A stretch of 64,000 nt of DNA from an uncultured Nitrososphaerota archaeon (GCA_963799845.1 CAWCYI010000004.1:1792001-1856000); one strand, 5' to 3'; counted from the first letter of the stretch, positions 52,649 through 63,304 are shown. A program made the numbers and translations. The notes: generated by a model from the letters alone, not told the origin.

Positions 52649-52843
52649 ATTCACCTACCCTTTCTGGATCTTCGGAAATTATTTTTGAAAGCATGGCAAC
52701 CACGGATGTATTTTTTCCCAGAACTAGGACTTTTCCAATTAGAGAATCTGAACTTGTTGAATTGGCGAGCTCAATCAGGTTCGACATCGTATCGGTAAGC
52801 ATACTGCTATGGATTGAAAAACTGGGAAATACCTAGACTTGGG

Positions 52844-53104
52844 TTATTCTTCCAAGAGGTATTCTCCCATTTCTCTAATGAGATTCCTCGCTTCCCGAAC
52901 TTTTTTGGAATTATCCTCTGCGTAAGATTTTATCTTAAGGAGAGCGAGTTCGATCGCTTGACTATTTCCCTTGCCTTGCTCAATAGAATCTTCGATTACT
53001 TCGGCTTCGAAAACTATCATTTGGTCAATGTCGATGCTCGAATGCATCAACAAATTCACTCTTTGTATTTCACCCGGTTCTTCTTGATCGATTTCTTTTA
53101 GCAA
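52844..53104 (-). CDS. hypothetical helical protein
   Basis: 86 aa charged ORF. Confidence 0.4.
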   Translation of the reverse strand: MLKEIDQEEPGEIQRVNLLMHSSIDIDQMIVFEAEVIEDSIEQGKGNSQAIELALLKIKSYAEDNSKKVREARNLIREMGEYLLEE

Positions 53105-53323
53105 GAACTGGTCCCTTCAAACATCAACTATTGTAAATGCTTTCAGGTTATTATCTTTGCAGTAACAATGATCCCAATAATAGTGATCCGGTTCCTCAGG
53201 CAGCCTTAGCTGCTGCCTGTGTGAAGAGCCGGATTGCATCCAAACGAAGGTAACTCGCAGATTCTCAAAAATAGTAATATCGACGTTCTATACATCGATG
53301 CTTAGCATCTGTGAAATATAATC

Positions 53324-53551
53324 TCAGCTTTTCTTAGCGCCTTTTAGAGTCGCCCTAAAAGCAACATCCACCACTATGCCGGCCTGAATTTTTTCAACCG
53401 AGAATTTGTAAGTCTCGATATTCGCGTCTACTTTGCCCAAATATTGGTGAATCTGATTTCCGAATGAGACAAGCTGGGTCTTTGCATCTTCGAGAGAGAT
53501 TGATTTCTTGTCGTCTTCTTTCATTTTTCGATCGGGTGTGAGTAGGTGCAT
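53324..53551 (-). CDS. small hypothetical protein
   Basis: ANIETYKFSVEK...GIVVDVAFRATL, protein-like composition. Confidence 0.55.
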   Translation of the reverse strand: MHLLTPDRKMKEDDKKSISLEDAKTQLVSFGNQIHQYLGKVDANIETYKFSVEKIQAGIVVDVAFRATLKGAKKS

Positions 53552-53841
53552 ATGCTATAAGAACTTGAGGTAAGATTGTACTAAATTCTCTATCCTTTTC
53601 ATAGATAGGAGTTTCATTCTCCATTTTACCTTGAAGAAAGATATACCATCCGTTCTTCTCGGGTTGTGCTGGACTATCCTTCGGGAAGGTCGGCCACAGG
53701 TCTTACCTGGTCCCGAGAGGACTTTTCTAATTCTGTCTTTAGGTTATTGATGGGTCTGGGCATGATTCGGAAGTCCCAGATCATCTTTGCCGGAAAACTA
53801 ACAGGTTAGTTACGACGGGCAAGTCTACATTAGGAGACGCG

Positions 53842-54111
53842 ATGGCTGCAATTCTTAGAGGCGGGTTGATCTATTTTCTAGTATTTTATGGCGTGCATTT
53901 CTTTTTGGCAGCACTACAAGGTTCGCCGGCCATATTTCTTGCACTCATTCTCGCCTTGCTCGCTTGGTTGGCCGTCTATCGTGCTTCATTTGATAAGAGC
54001 TGGTTTGGCGCGTTAGGCATAGTTGTAGTCGCATGGCTAGTTTTGGTCGTTTTAGACGCGATTCTGATTGCAACACCAGGCGTGAGTCTTCCCAAATTTT
54101 ATCCCTTCTGA
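53842..54111 (+). CDS. small membrane protein (possibly 5'-truncated)
   Basis: three hydrophobic helices, F..SW.GA motif. Confidence 0.55.
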   Translation: MAAILRGGLIYFLVFYGVHFFLAALQGSPAIFLALILALLAWLAVYRASFDKSWFGALGIVVVAWLVLVVLDAILIATPGVSLPKFYPF

Positions 54112-54490
54112 ATTTGGGGATCCCCAGATCTCAATTTTCGAAGTTGGCGGTTATCTGCCGAGCATGTGTATGAGCGATTCAGCCAAACCCAAAAGAATCG
54201 GAAATGTGAAGTTCCGTCCAAATGTGTTTGATTTCGAGCACAATTCCTGCTTATTTCCTTAGCAGCATCCCAAATTCTTGTTTACGAAAAACTAGTCCAT
54301 TTGAAAGCATTTCGTTCTACCAAACTTACCAGCCCAGGGGTTTGGTTTGATTCATGTGCATTTGAGGCGAATTTCTGCTTGTGCAGATACGTAGAAAGCG
54401 CAGATCCCGTGCGTACTCCGACAAGTCTGAATTCGCTTCGAAGCTCAAACAGGAATGGATACTTTGGAAAAAAGCATGCCAGTTCTTGTC

Positions 54491-55426
54491 TTAGCTTTTG
54501 TTGGCATCACGTACTTTGATCTTGAGCTGGGTTCTTATTTCCAGTTTTTCATTTTCGTCTTTTTCTGATCTCACTTCCCTTGCATGGGAACCGTGGGTTT
54601 CCGCGTAAACTTTAGAAAACTGGGCGCCGAACAGGATAAACAGGTTCATTATGTATATCCACAAGAACAGGACCATGAGAGCGCCGGCGGTTCCTGCAAG
54701 AGTCGTGACTTGAAAGACGCTCAGGTATACGCCGAATAGATAGTTGAGAATCGTGAAGACGAAGGCGGTTATCGCCGCCGCTAACCACACATCTCCCCAT
54801 CTGACGAGTGTTTCAGGTAGCAATTTGAAGATGATGGCGAATAGAAGGGTTCCTAATCCCAGAGATAGAACGACCTGAAGGGATCTCAAGAACAGAGGAG
54901 CCATGCTGCCTATCAATGGAACGAGGATGAATACCATTGCGTTGAAGAGCACGGTCGAGAAGGTGGTCCAGGCCACCACAATGAGTGAAAGCCCCACAAT
55001 CAACAAGAACGGAACCGCTTTTTTTCTTACGCTCGCTAGCCTCCCTTGTTTGGTTGGTTCTACCTCCCAAATTGCATCCATAGATTTTTGTAAGACCGAA
55101 AACGCGCCGACCGCCCCGGAAATCGCGAAGGTGACGCTTATCAGAGAGCCAAAATAAGATGTTAACGGACTCGCCGCGTTCCTTAGAAGTTGAGCAAGAA
55201 GGGCCCCGACGGAGGAACCAGCAAACGAGCTTACTTGGTTAACGAGTTGTTGGAGGGCTTGTTGTTGCCCGTATACCTGTGCGAGTATCGCCACGGCAAT
55301 GAGCGCGAGAGAGGGTAGGGGCATTATCGTAAAGAACGTGAGCGCGCCCGCAGTCAGCGTGGCGTCATGTTTTTGCCACTTCGTGAAGGTAACTTTGATC
55401 AAGTCTGTGAATTCTTGCCTGTTCAA
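54491..55426 (-). CDS. YihY/virulence factor BrkB-family membrane protein
   Basis: AGAL.FFT..P, F..LQ.SM..IW, FKLLP, LWIY...ILFGA.F. Confidence 0.9.
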   Translation of the reverse strand: MNRQEFTDLIKVTFTKWQKHDATLTAGALTFFTIMPLPSLALIAVAILAQVYGQQQALQQLVNQVSSFAGSSVGALLAQLLRNAASPLTSYFGSLISVTFAISGAVGAFSVLQKSMDAIWEVEPTKQGRLASVRKKAVPFLLIVGLSLIVVAWTTFSTVLFNAMVFILVPLIGSMAPLFLRSLQVVLSLGLGTLLFAIIFKLLPETLVRWGDVWLAAAITAFVFTILNYLFGVYLSVFQVTTLAGTAGALMVLFLWIYIMNLFILFGAQFSKVYAETHGSHAREVRSEKDENEKLEIRTQLKIKVRDANKS

Positions 55427-55471
55427 GGACTTGCCCCTCGCTTCACCATCTAAAAAATAGCGACGACCAGC

Positions 55472-56128
55472 TCAGATCATCATTTCTATCGCGGTATACA
55501 CGCTGTTGATGGCCAGAGCTCTTGTCTTTGTCACGAGCTGCAAAAGCGTGGGTTTCGCATCTGCGCCCAAGGTTGCAATTCGGCGACCCTTGTAGGAGAC
55601 CGTCAGGGTAATTCCTAATTTCTTGGAAGTCTCAGCAATCGTCCTCATCATGGCAAGGGGATTGGATTTTTTCTCATTCACTTTCTTTTCTCGCGCCTCT
55701 GGATTCTTGGGAGTAAGCTCGTTGCGGAACTTCATCACCCTTTTCATGAACTGTTTATCCTCCACATCAAGGTCTAATTGTCTGCCCGCTACCTTGACTC
55801 TAAGCACCTCTAAATCTCCCGTGGAAATGAGAACCCTCCCCGATTCGAATGCAGTCGCCCTATTGTCGCGCTGTTCTTGCGACATCTTCACCGCCCCGTA
55901 ACTCGCGTTTCCGTTCTTCTTGTGTATAACATTGAAGTCGAGCTCGCCGGCGACTTCGTATAGTTTGTCGTCGATGGTGAGTCTTATGTCCTGAACGTCC
56001 ACCCGGAGGCTAGATTTTCCTCCCACGAGCTTGTCGATTATTTCGGCTATGCGATCGGGCTTCCATTTTGAAAATTCTTGTTTCAGTTCTGACTGGTTAA
56101 AGACCGTCACGACGAAGCACCCTAGCAA
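55472..56128 (-). CDS. hypothetical protein
   Basis: 218 aa ORF co-oriented with the YihY gene; GITLTVSYKG...TLG motif. Confidence 0.6.
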   Translation of the reverse strand: MLGCFVVTVFNQSELKQEFSKWKPDRIAEIIDKLVGGKSSLRVDVQDIRLTIDDKLYEVAGELDFNVIHKKNGNASYGAVKMSQEQRDNRATAFESGRVLISTGDLEVLRVKVAGRQLDLDVEDKQFMKRVMKFRNELTPKNPEAREKKVNEKKSNPLAMMRTIAETSKKLGITLTVSYKGRRIATLGADAKPTLLQLVTKTRALAINSVYTAIEMMI

Positions 56129-56563
56129 ACATCACGAGGGTCCAGGTGGCGACAGGTTTCGCTACTCACAACGCTTCTCCTTCGCCTTCTGGGGCTTTCT
56201 GCTTTAACTTCGATTCGTTACAATCTTCCTAACAAGATCTCTGTAACTATCTGCTCTGGATAGTGTGGTTCCAGCGCCCTCTACCTGTCAAAGAGGGATC
56301 CCAAGATCGAACAAAAGAAATCTACTGAAGGACGAGTAATTTGTACTGGACACCAGTAATGATTACAAGAATATGAATGTCTTACGGAGACTCAAATCAA
56401 TTAGTGATCACCAGATCATCAAAGAGGACGTGACTAACGATAGGTCATCGCTAGATGTTTTTCAAAGGAACGCTGATGCCTCATTCACGGCATTTTGAAT
56501 GGCAGTTTTTTCATTTATTTGTTGTTTGATAAATGAAGAATCCAGATTAGATAATGATTGAAA

Positions 56564-56953
56564 TTAATTCTTCACCATTTCTAGGCATTCACCGAGTTGT
56601 TCAATTGAAAATGGTTTCAAAAGGAAAGGAAATCCTGCTTCAGCCGCTTTCTGTTTCACGAAATCATAAGCCGACACGAGAATTATTTTTGTGTTCTTTT
56701 TGTATCTAACTATGATGTTGGCTGCTTCGATACCGTTCATCTCGGGCATTCGATAATCCATGATGATGATGTCAAAAGACTGGCGATCTTTAGAAAGGGC
56801 TTTGACTATCGACGTTCCATCATTGAATAGAGACGGAGATGGATATCCTAATTTTTCGATGACTTGTGAACAGAGACCGGGCAGGTCCGGCTCATCATCG
56901 ACGACTGCAATTCTCAGATCAGCAATTCTTGGACTGTTGTTCGTTGCGACCAT
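56564..56953 (-). CDS. single-domain response regulator (REC), copy B
   Basis: AVVDDEPD, MDYRMPEMNG, KPF; close paralog of 43822..44232. Confidence 0.9.
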   Translation of the reverse strand: MVATNNSPRIADLRIAVVDDEPDLPGLCSQVIEKLGYPSPSLFNDGTSIVKALSKDRQSFDIIIMDYRMPEMNGIEAANIIVRYKKNTKIILVSAYDFVKQKAAEAGFPFLLKPFSIEQLGECLEMVKN

Positions 56954-57193
56954 TATCCCAAATTTGATTGGTACAGAACTAAATTTTCATAAAAGCGAAG
57001 CGCTCTCTTGCAATTTTCGCTACTGGGGAATTCTCCATTTTAGGAGAAAAAGCTCTTCGGGTATCGAGATTCGACATCCATTCTTAATACAGACTGCACC
57101 CCGATTTTCCAAAAATCACTTAAGTGAAACATGAATGACCCAAATCATTCAACCATTAACTCTAACTGCACTCCAATATCTTCCATGCTATGA

Positions 57194-57580
57194 ATGCGAA
57201 AGACATCCCATCTATCCAAAGAAACCTCCCATGACGTTACATCTAGGCGAAGTATGCCTAATCTGCAAGGACAAGGAATCTTTTTGAGTTTCGTCATTCT
57301 TGGAACACAGGCTGGAATCATCGGAATTCTACTCCTCCTTGCCGATGGATTAGTAATTGGAATAGCTGGAAAGAAAGCTCTGGCTTCAGTTCTCCTCATA
57401 ATTGTTTGCTTGGTTCTCGCTAGTTTCATCGGGCTCGTAATTCCTTTCTTAACAGTGAGCGACGTTTGGACTCAAGTAGTTAGTATTCTGAGTTCCCAAG
57501 CATCTCGCACCGGACCAATAATCTACTCATTTCCAGTGTTCTGGATTCTCGGTTTTGGCATCGGTGTGTGGAAAGGCTAG
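57194..57580 (+). CDS. small membrane protein
   Basis: three to four hydrophobic helices; start uncertain. Confidence 0.6.
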   Translation: MRKTSHLSKETSHDVTSRRSMPNLQGQGIFLSFVILGTQAGIIGILLLLADGLVIGIAGKKALASVLLIIVCLVLASFIGLVIPFLTVSDVWTQVVSILSSQASRTGPIIYSFPVFWILGFGIGVWKG

Positions 57581-57645
57581 TTAGAATCCGCTGTATTTTA
57601 ATTGAAGTCTAATCATATCACTTTTCTGGAGATGCCAGTGAGGAT

Positions 57646-59346
57646 TTGACGAGTGCTGTCGAACGCACAGAAGTTCTGACAGATCAGAAGTTAGTTATGG
57701 ACAGGGCTCTCGCCATTTTCTCCAACGCGAAGAATGGGGTTGACATACTCGCGGAAGCGATGGCTCTCCCGGAATCAGAGCAATCTCAAGAGGCCAAGAA
57801 CGCGGCGGAAGCATACTTCGACATAAAGAAGAGGGGAGGACGCCTGAGGATACTCACTAAGATTGACGTGAAGAATGTTTCGTACAGTAAGGAGCTAATG
57901 AAAAACGTAGAACTTCGTCATCTTGACGACGTAAAGGGGAACTTTGCGATAAGCGACAGCGAGTACATTTCTTCTCCGACGGGCACAACTTTTCGCCCTA
58001 ATATCATGGTCCCCGTCATCTATAGTAATGCCAGACCTTTCATTGAGCAAAACAGAAATGCGTTCGAGAGATTCTGGTATATGGCCACGCCTGCAGAGGA
58101 ACGAATCAAAGAAATTGAGGAAGGGATTGTTCAACCCCGGATTGAAATAATAAACAACCCGGACCAGATTCTAAAGCTGCATTTCGATCTAGTTATCCAA
58201 GCCAAAGAAGAAATTCTGGTCATTTTGCCAACTGCTAACGCGTTCCATCGCGAAGAGAGAATCGGGGTAATTGAAGCTCTGAAGATCGCCGCCTCAGAAC
58301 GAGCAGTGAAGGTCAGCATAATCGCTCCAGATTCCCTCATTCAGGAGACTCTCGGATCTTTGAACAGAGAGACACAGGCACACGCCGGGAGAGAACTGAT
58401 TAACCACAGGCGTATTCTTGAAGCCACTACTCCTAACACCGTAACTGTTCTCGTGGTCGATAGAAATTCCTCACTCGTCATCGAAGAGAAGGATGACTCG
58501 CAAGCCGATTTTGGCAAAGCAATCGGCGTGGCCACCTATTCGACTAGGAATTCCATGGTGCTCGCAAACGTTCGGTTCTTTGAGAGAATGTGGGAAGAGG
58601 TTGAACTCAGGGAGAGGGAAAAGGTTCTCCTGGAAAGGGAGAAACGAAGCAGAAAAGCTGCAGAACTTTTGCAGGACATCATGGCGCACGACATCAGGAA
58701 CTACAATCAGATTTCCAAGACCAGTGCCGAAATGTTGAAGGCTGACTTGCAGAGCACACAAAGGCTATCTCTTATTGATTCGATACTGAAAGCAACAGAC
58801 GGTTCAAGCGAGCTGATCGATAGGGCTAAGAAACTGGGAAGGATAATCTCGCAGGTGGAAATAGAGCTCCATCCTGTCGATCTCAAAGATTCGCTGGAAA
58901 CATCGGTAGCCTTGATAATAAAGTCCCATCCTCAAAGGTCAATCAATCTTTCATCCTCTGTAGAATCGGGAGTACGAGTGTTCGCGGATAATCTGTTGGA
59001 GGAAGCGTTCACTAACATAATGTCTAACTCGGTCAACTACACTGAAACAGATGAAGTTCCTGTTGAAATTCAAGTGGAAGAGACCGAAGAAGAGACTCTT
59101 GAAAGAAAAAGGATGCCGTACTGGAAGATAACTTTCACTGATCATGGAGAGGGCATACCGGACAAGATGAAGGACAAAATATTCACGCGTTATCTGAACA
59201 CATCAACTGGAGCGGGCCTTGGACTCTCAATAGTCTATGCGCTGGTGGTGGAGAGGTATTCGGGAAAAGTGAAAATCACAGATAGGGTGAAAGGAGACTA
59301 CGCAAAGGGGACAAAGGTGGAAGTATGGTTACCAAAAGCATCTTGA
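57646..59346 (+). CDS. cytoplasmic sensor histidine kinase
   Basis: H-box AHDIRN, N-box NIMSNSV, DHGEGIP, F-box, GAGLGL; no TM segments. Confidence 0.92.
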   Translation: MTSAVERTEVLTDQKLVMDRALAIFSNAKNGVDILAEAMALPESEQSQEAKNAAEAYFDIKKRGGRLRILTKIDVKNVSYSKELMKNVELRHLDDVKGNFAISDSEYISSPTGTTFRPNIMVPVIYSNARPFIEQNRNAFERFWYMATPAEERIKEIEEGIVQPRIEIINNPDQILKLHFDLVIQAKEEILVILPTANAFHREERIGVIEALKIAASERAVKVSIIAPDSLIQETLGSLNRETQAHAGRELINHRRILEATTPNTVTVLVVDRNSSLVIEEKDDSQADFGKAIGVATYSTRNSMVLANVRFFERMWEEVELREREKVLLEREKRSRKAAELLQDIMAHDIRNYNQISKTSAEMLKADLQSTQRLSLIDSILKATDGSSELIDRAKKLGRIISQVEIELHPVDLKDSLETSVALIIKSHPQRSINLSSSVESGVRVFADNLLEEAFTNIMSNSVNYTETDEVPVEIQVEETEEETLERKRMPYWKITFTDHGEGIPDKMKDKIFTRYLNTSTGAGLGLSIVYALVVERYSGKVKITDRVKGDYAKGTKVEVWLPKAS

Positions 59347-59840
59347 TCGTTCGACAGGTCTATCCGCCCAGTTTCGCCACTTTGATAAGCTCGACCACAG
59401 ATTATTCAGGAAAATCGAATCGGATCGGACAGAACACTCATTTTTCAAACGATCAAGGCGAGACTGGAAGGCATAGCAGCAAGAGCATCGCGATAGTGGA
59501 TGATGAGGAAGACTTGTGCTCGTTGTTTTCAATGTTGATCAAGAATTTAGGATATCACGCGGCGTGTGTTGCCCATGACGGAGATGAAATTGTTCAACTT
59601 GTGTTGGAGGATAGCATCCACCCGGATCTGATATTGATGGACTACCGCATGCCTACGATGAATGGCATGCAGGCAGCCGAGAAGATTCTGCACGTCAGGC
59701 CGGAGACAAAGATAATCATCGCCACTGCCGACGACTCGGTGAGGCGAGATGCGATTTCTGAGGGGTTTTTCTTCATACAGAAACCTTTCTCCATATCGGC
59801 ACTCGCCAAGAAAATAGAAGAGGCATTAGGACAGCGATAG
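59325..59840 (+). CDS. response regulator (REC) coupled to the kinase
   Basis: AIVDDEED, MDYRMP.MNG, TAD, QKPF; overlaps the kinase stop. Confidence 0.9.
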   Translation: MVTKSILIVRQVYPPSFATLISSTTDYSGKSNRIGQNTHFSNDQGETGRHSSKSIAIVDDEEDLCSLFSMLIKNLGYHAACVAHDGDEIVQLVLEDSIHPDLILMDYRMPTMNGMQAAEKILHVRPETKIIIATADDSVRRDAISEGFFFIQKPFSISALAKKIEEALGQR

Positions 59841-60039
59841 TGAGTCGACCTAGAACATCCGAAGCGATATGCCATGATCATGTATCGAAGTTCCATATGG
59901 AGGAGTCATCCTCTCATCATCTGATTTATGAACTACGAGATATTTCAAGGTTGGTCCTATTTCTCTCGCCTATTGATTATACACAGGTCTTCTAGTCTGC
60001 AGTTTCCAAGATGTTATCAGCAGCAAACTCTATTACACG

Positions 60040-60310
60040 CAAACGTGGGTTTAGGGCGATAGATAATCATTCTGCTCTTGATTGTTGTACTTTATAGCTT
60101 TTTGGTTCCTGTTTTTCCTGTGACATCGTAATCCCGCTCAATTTTTGGGCAACCTTTCAAATTGGTGCCAATATCTCCTTGACATTTCTTATCTTCCACT
60201 GCGGCTACTATTCGAATGCCCATTCATCTACCAACATAGATGGATCACATTTACGCATCCAATTTCGAACTGATACAATTTTCAGTGTAACTTTTCGAGC
60301 TCATCTGAAT
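60040..60310 (+). pseudogene. degenerate paralog of 48744..49052
   Basis: YSFLVPVF, LTFLIFHCGYYSNAHS, YNFQCNFS align to copy A; in-frame stops and frameshifts. Confidence 0.7.
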
Positions 60311-60706
60311 AACAGAGTTTGTTCAGGAGAAAACAGGGGACTCCAAAGCTGCCAAATCAAAGCGTACGAACTAACCTACGTCTTCATTAGAATCATCTTT
60401 TTTTGCTTTCCCTAACTCCTGAGGGAGATCTGGCTTGCCTTCGATTTTTTCTTCGAATTTATCCTCGGCTTTTTCTTTTTCGTTCTTATGCATGTTTGAT
60501 TCCGATTTTCTCTATGAAGTCAGATATTTAGAAGGGATGGGATTTGTTTCTAGACAAATGATCAGCTCGTCCTTTTGGTTCGTAGAAATGTGAGGGCCCG
60601 TGGAACTGTCAGCTCGACTATATCCCGATAGTTAGCTAGGAATCGAACTGTTCATTTTTATAATGGCATAGGCTTCCACTAAGATCAGGACTAAGGTTCT
60701 CTTTCA

Positions 60707-60994
60707 GTGATTATTCTCGATGTTTTTCTATTCAGCTTGATCCATGCGCTCCCAAATGCATCCCTATTCTTGGGTGAAAGGATCCTGAATGGCTTAGCCG
60801 ACTTATTTGGTGGCATAATTCTTCTCGTGATAGGAATATTAATCATAGTGTTGCTTGTGGCTGCTGCCATAGTCTTATTGCCGGCGATCATTGTCGGAGT
60901 TCTCGTGTGGTTTTTGACGGGCAGTTTCTTCTACGCAGGAATCTCGTTTCTTATCGTCGCCCTGATTAGCCTGGTGGCAATGTCTGACGATTAA
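60707..60994 (+). CDS. small membrane protein
   Basis: very hydrophobic ORF, LPAIIVG.LVWFLTGS. Confidence 0.6.
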   Translation: MIILDVFLFSLIHALPNASLFLGERILNGLADLFGGIILLVIGILIIVLLVAAAIVLLPAIIVGVLVWFLTGSFFYAGISFLIVALISLVAMSDD

Positions 60995-61103
60995 GTCTGT
61001 CGGATCGAGGGCACTGATGATTTGGGAAATTTGTAGCCCGTTAGATGAAAATCGATGGAATGAATCCTAGACTACATATTATGGATTTTCCATCTTAAGA
61101 TAA

Positions 61104-62143
61104 TTTCTCTTATCAAACAATTATTTCGCTCCATAGTCAACAAGGTTAGGCTGGGGGACTATTGGAGGAGCATCTGGAAGAAGCATGGCTATGGGTCAAG
61201 AAAGCTTTCAGAGGAAAAGGTGGTGTGGGTGGTCAAGGCTAGAGAGAGCGGCCTTGCAGCCAGGGATATCGCATCAACCCAGAACATCACCGTGAGAAGA
61301 GTGGAGCAGCTTTATGCCCAATACAGGGAATCCGGAGAGATACCATCTCTCAAGAAGGCAGGCAGAAAAAGAATCGAGATCCCAATTGAGGAGAGGAATG
61401 CGATCATCGAAGCTTCAAGGAAGTTTGGCGTCGGAGCCTGCTACCTCGTTTCAATCCTCAAGAGAGATTACGGCATCGATGAAACAAACCACATGCGAGT
61501 CTATAGCGTATTGAAGGAGGAAGGATTGTTGTACAATACAGCAAGGACGCGCTTCAAGCGCAAGTGGATCAGATATGAAAGGGAGCATTCCAATTCGTTG
61601 TGGCACGTCGATTGGCACGAGATGAAATCGTCAGTATACAGGGGCAAGTGGCTGGTAATCTACGAGGATGACGCATCGAGGTACATCCTGGGTTATGGCG
61701 TGTTTGACTCTCCGTCGTCTGAAAATGCAGTGAGCGTCCTGAAGGAAGCGATCAGGGAACATGGCAGACCAGCATCAATCCTCTCAGACAGAGGTACATC
61801 CTTCTATGCGGTCGAAGCTGAAACAAAAACGAAAGGTCTCACTGAATTCGAGCTCTATCTGATGAGGAATCACATCAAACATATTCTTTCAAGAGTGAGA
61901 CATCCCCAAACCAATGGAAAATTGGAGAAGCTCTTTGATACGGTTGAAAGAGGACTCGCGAAGGGATTCTCTCCGATTGAGGAGTGCGTACGCTGGTACA
62001 ACTGCATCAAGCCCCACGGAGCCCTTGATCTGGAGAGAGCTGAAACTCCACTGGAAGCCTACTACAGGAAGATGGAAATAAAAGAGGAACTCATAGATCC
62101 TTCAATCATGTGGGAGAGCGAAATGATTCTTTGATAGAACACA
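61104..62143 (+). mobile_element. IS481-family insertion sequence
   Basis: imperfect 28-bp inverted ends (inner 21 bp match 19/21), right end ...ACA, flanked by direct repeat TCTTAAGATAA. Confidence 0.8.
61220..62134 (+). CDS. DDE transposase, IS481 family (rve integrase core)
   Basis: LWHVD, DDASRY, SDRGTSF, HPQTNGKLE, YN..KPH; N-terminal HTH. Confidence 0.92.
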   Translation: MVWVVKARESGLAARDIASTQNITVRRVEQLYAQYRESGEIPSLKKAGRKRIEIPIEERNAIIEASRKFGVGACYLVSILKRDYGIDETNHMRVYSVLKEEGLLYNTARTRFKRKWIRYEREHSNSLWHVDWHEMKSSVYRGKWLVIYEDDASRYILGYGVFDSPSSENAVSVLKEAIREHGRPASILSDRGTSFYAVEAETKTKGLTEFELYLMRNHIKHILSRVRHPQTNGKLEKLFDTVERGLAKGFSPIEECVRWYNCIKPHGALDLERAETPLEAYYRKMEIKEELIDPSIMWESEMIL

Positions 62144-62296
62144 TCTTAAGATAATTCTATAGAAATTAATGTTTTTGACATGACTTCAATCCCTGCCCAC
62201 AAACTTCTCAAGATGTTTAGGTAATTCTTATAGTGATCGCTCTGAATTGCACTACTTTCAAATTTTCCAATAGAAGATTCGTAACCAAAGTCTAAA

Positions 62297-62593
62297 TTGA
62301 AATCATGCATTTCTATCATTTTGATATTAATGCAAAATAATAGACTGAGATTTCCAGAGAAGAGTCTCAGGTTGTATCTTGCCGCGGCCTTTTTCTTTTT
62401 GGTTGTGACCGTGATTGAAATGGCTGTTTACATAACGCATTCTTTCGGAAATTCGGTAGAGAATGTTGCTTCCAGTTTCTGGTTATCTGGTAGCCTATGC
62501 TTGGGAAATGTTGGATTGTATCTCTTTGCAAAGCACAAGAATAATGTTCAGAGACGGGCCCTGTTCGATAATGAAGAACCGAAAAATAATTGA
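62297..62593 (+). CDS. small membrane protein
   Basis: two hydrophobic helices. Confidence 0.4.
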   Translation: MKSCISIILILMQNNRLRFPEKSLRLYLAAAFFFLVVTVIEMAVYITHSFGNSVENVASSFWLSGSLCLGNVGLYLFAKHKNNVQRRALFDNEEPKNN

Positions 62594-62896
62594 GCTTTTC
62601 TTAAGTCTTCAATTTGTTACATATCCTGTAAGGGAATGAAGAAAATAGTTCGACTTTGCAGTATTTTAGCAATCCTAAGTCTGATTTCTGCAATCATTTG
62701 ATGCTAGTGTTGGTATCAACGCCAGCGTTACGGCTGGGTCGAATTCCCGGATAGCTCGCAAAAGCAATACGAATGATATGGTGTCGGGGAATCCGTCTTA
62801 TTCGTTTGGCGGAAAGGGTAACAATCACTCAAATTCCAAAACAACCACTAACCTCAACAACTAGCACTTCTACAATTTATAATCCAAGTGCGAACA

Positions 62897-63304
62897 TCAA
62901 CTCCAGTCCTCAAACCAAACATCGAGACAAGACAACTCATCCGACTGGCGTCGTGCGCTCGCGCCCGATGCTACGAGAAGCTCAGCCAGTCGCGTGATAC
63001 GTTTCCTTGTCTCGACTTTCGGGACCCGTCTATGCACGTCACCATTGATCCGTACAAGCTCTTCAGCAGCTAAGTGTGAAACTCCCATCTTCTTCGCAAG
63101 GCCCTCAACATCGTAGAACTTGACCTTCAGCTCTTCTCCTCCTACTCCTTCACGATGGTTGCCCAAAAGAATCTTGTGCGGGTGTTGTTGACATTTCATA
63201 ATATCCTGGAGCTGGCCAGTAGTTTTCATGCTTGAACGCAGAACTTCGAGTATCCTCTGATCTAATCTGGGAGTCGTCTCTGCCCTATTGACTTCGGGAG
63301 GCAT
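62897..63304 (-). CDS. hypothetical protein
   Basis: 135 aa ORF, possible HTH-like segment. Confidence 0.35.
   Translation of the reverse strand: MPPEVNRAETTPRLDQRILEVLRSSMKTTGQLQDIMKCQQHPHKILLGNHREGVGGEELKVKFYDVEGLAKKMGVSHLAAEELVRINGDVHRRVPKVETRKRITRLAELLVASGASARRQSDELSCLDVWFEDWS

Noticed and set aside
62725-62760. GGGTCGAATTCCC resembling a tRNA T-arm
   Set aside because: No acceptor stem or cloverleaf; it lies in what looks like a decayed secreted-protein ORF.
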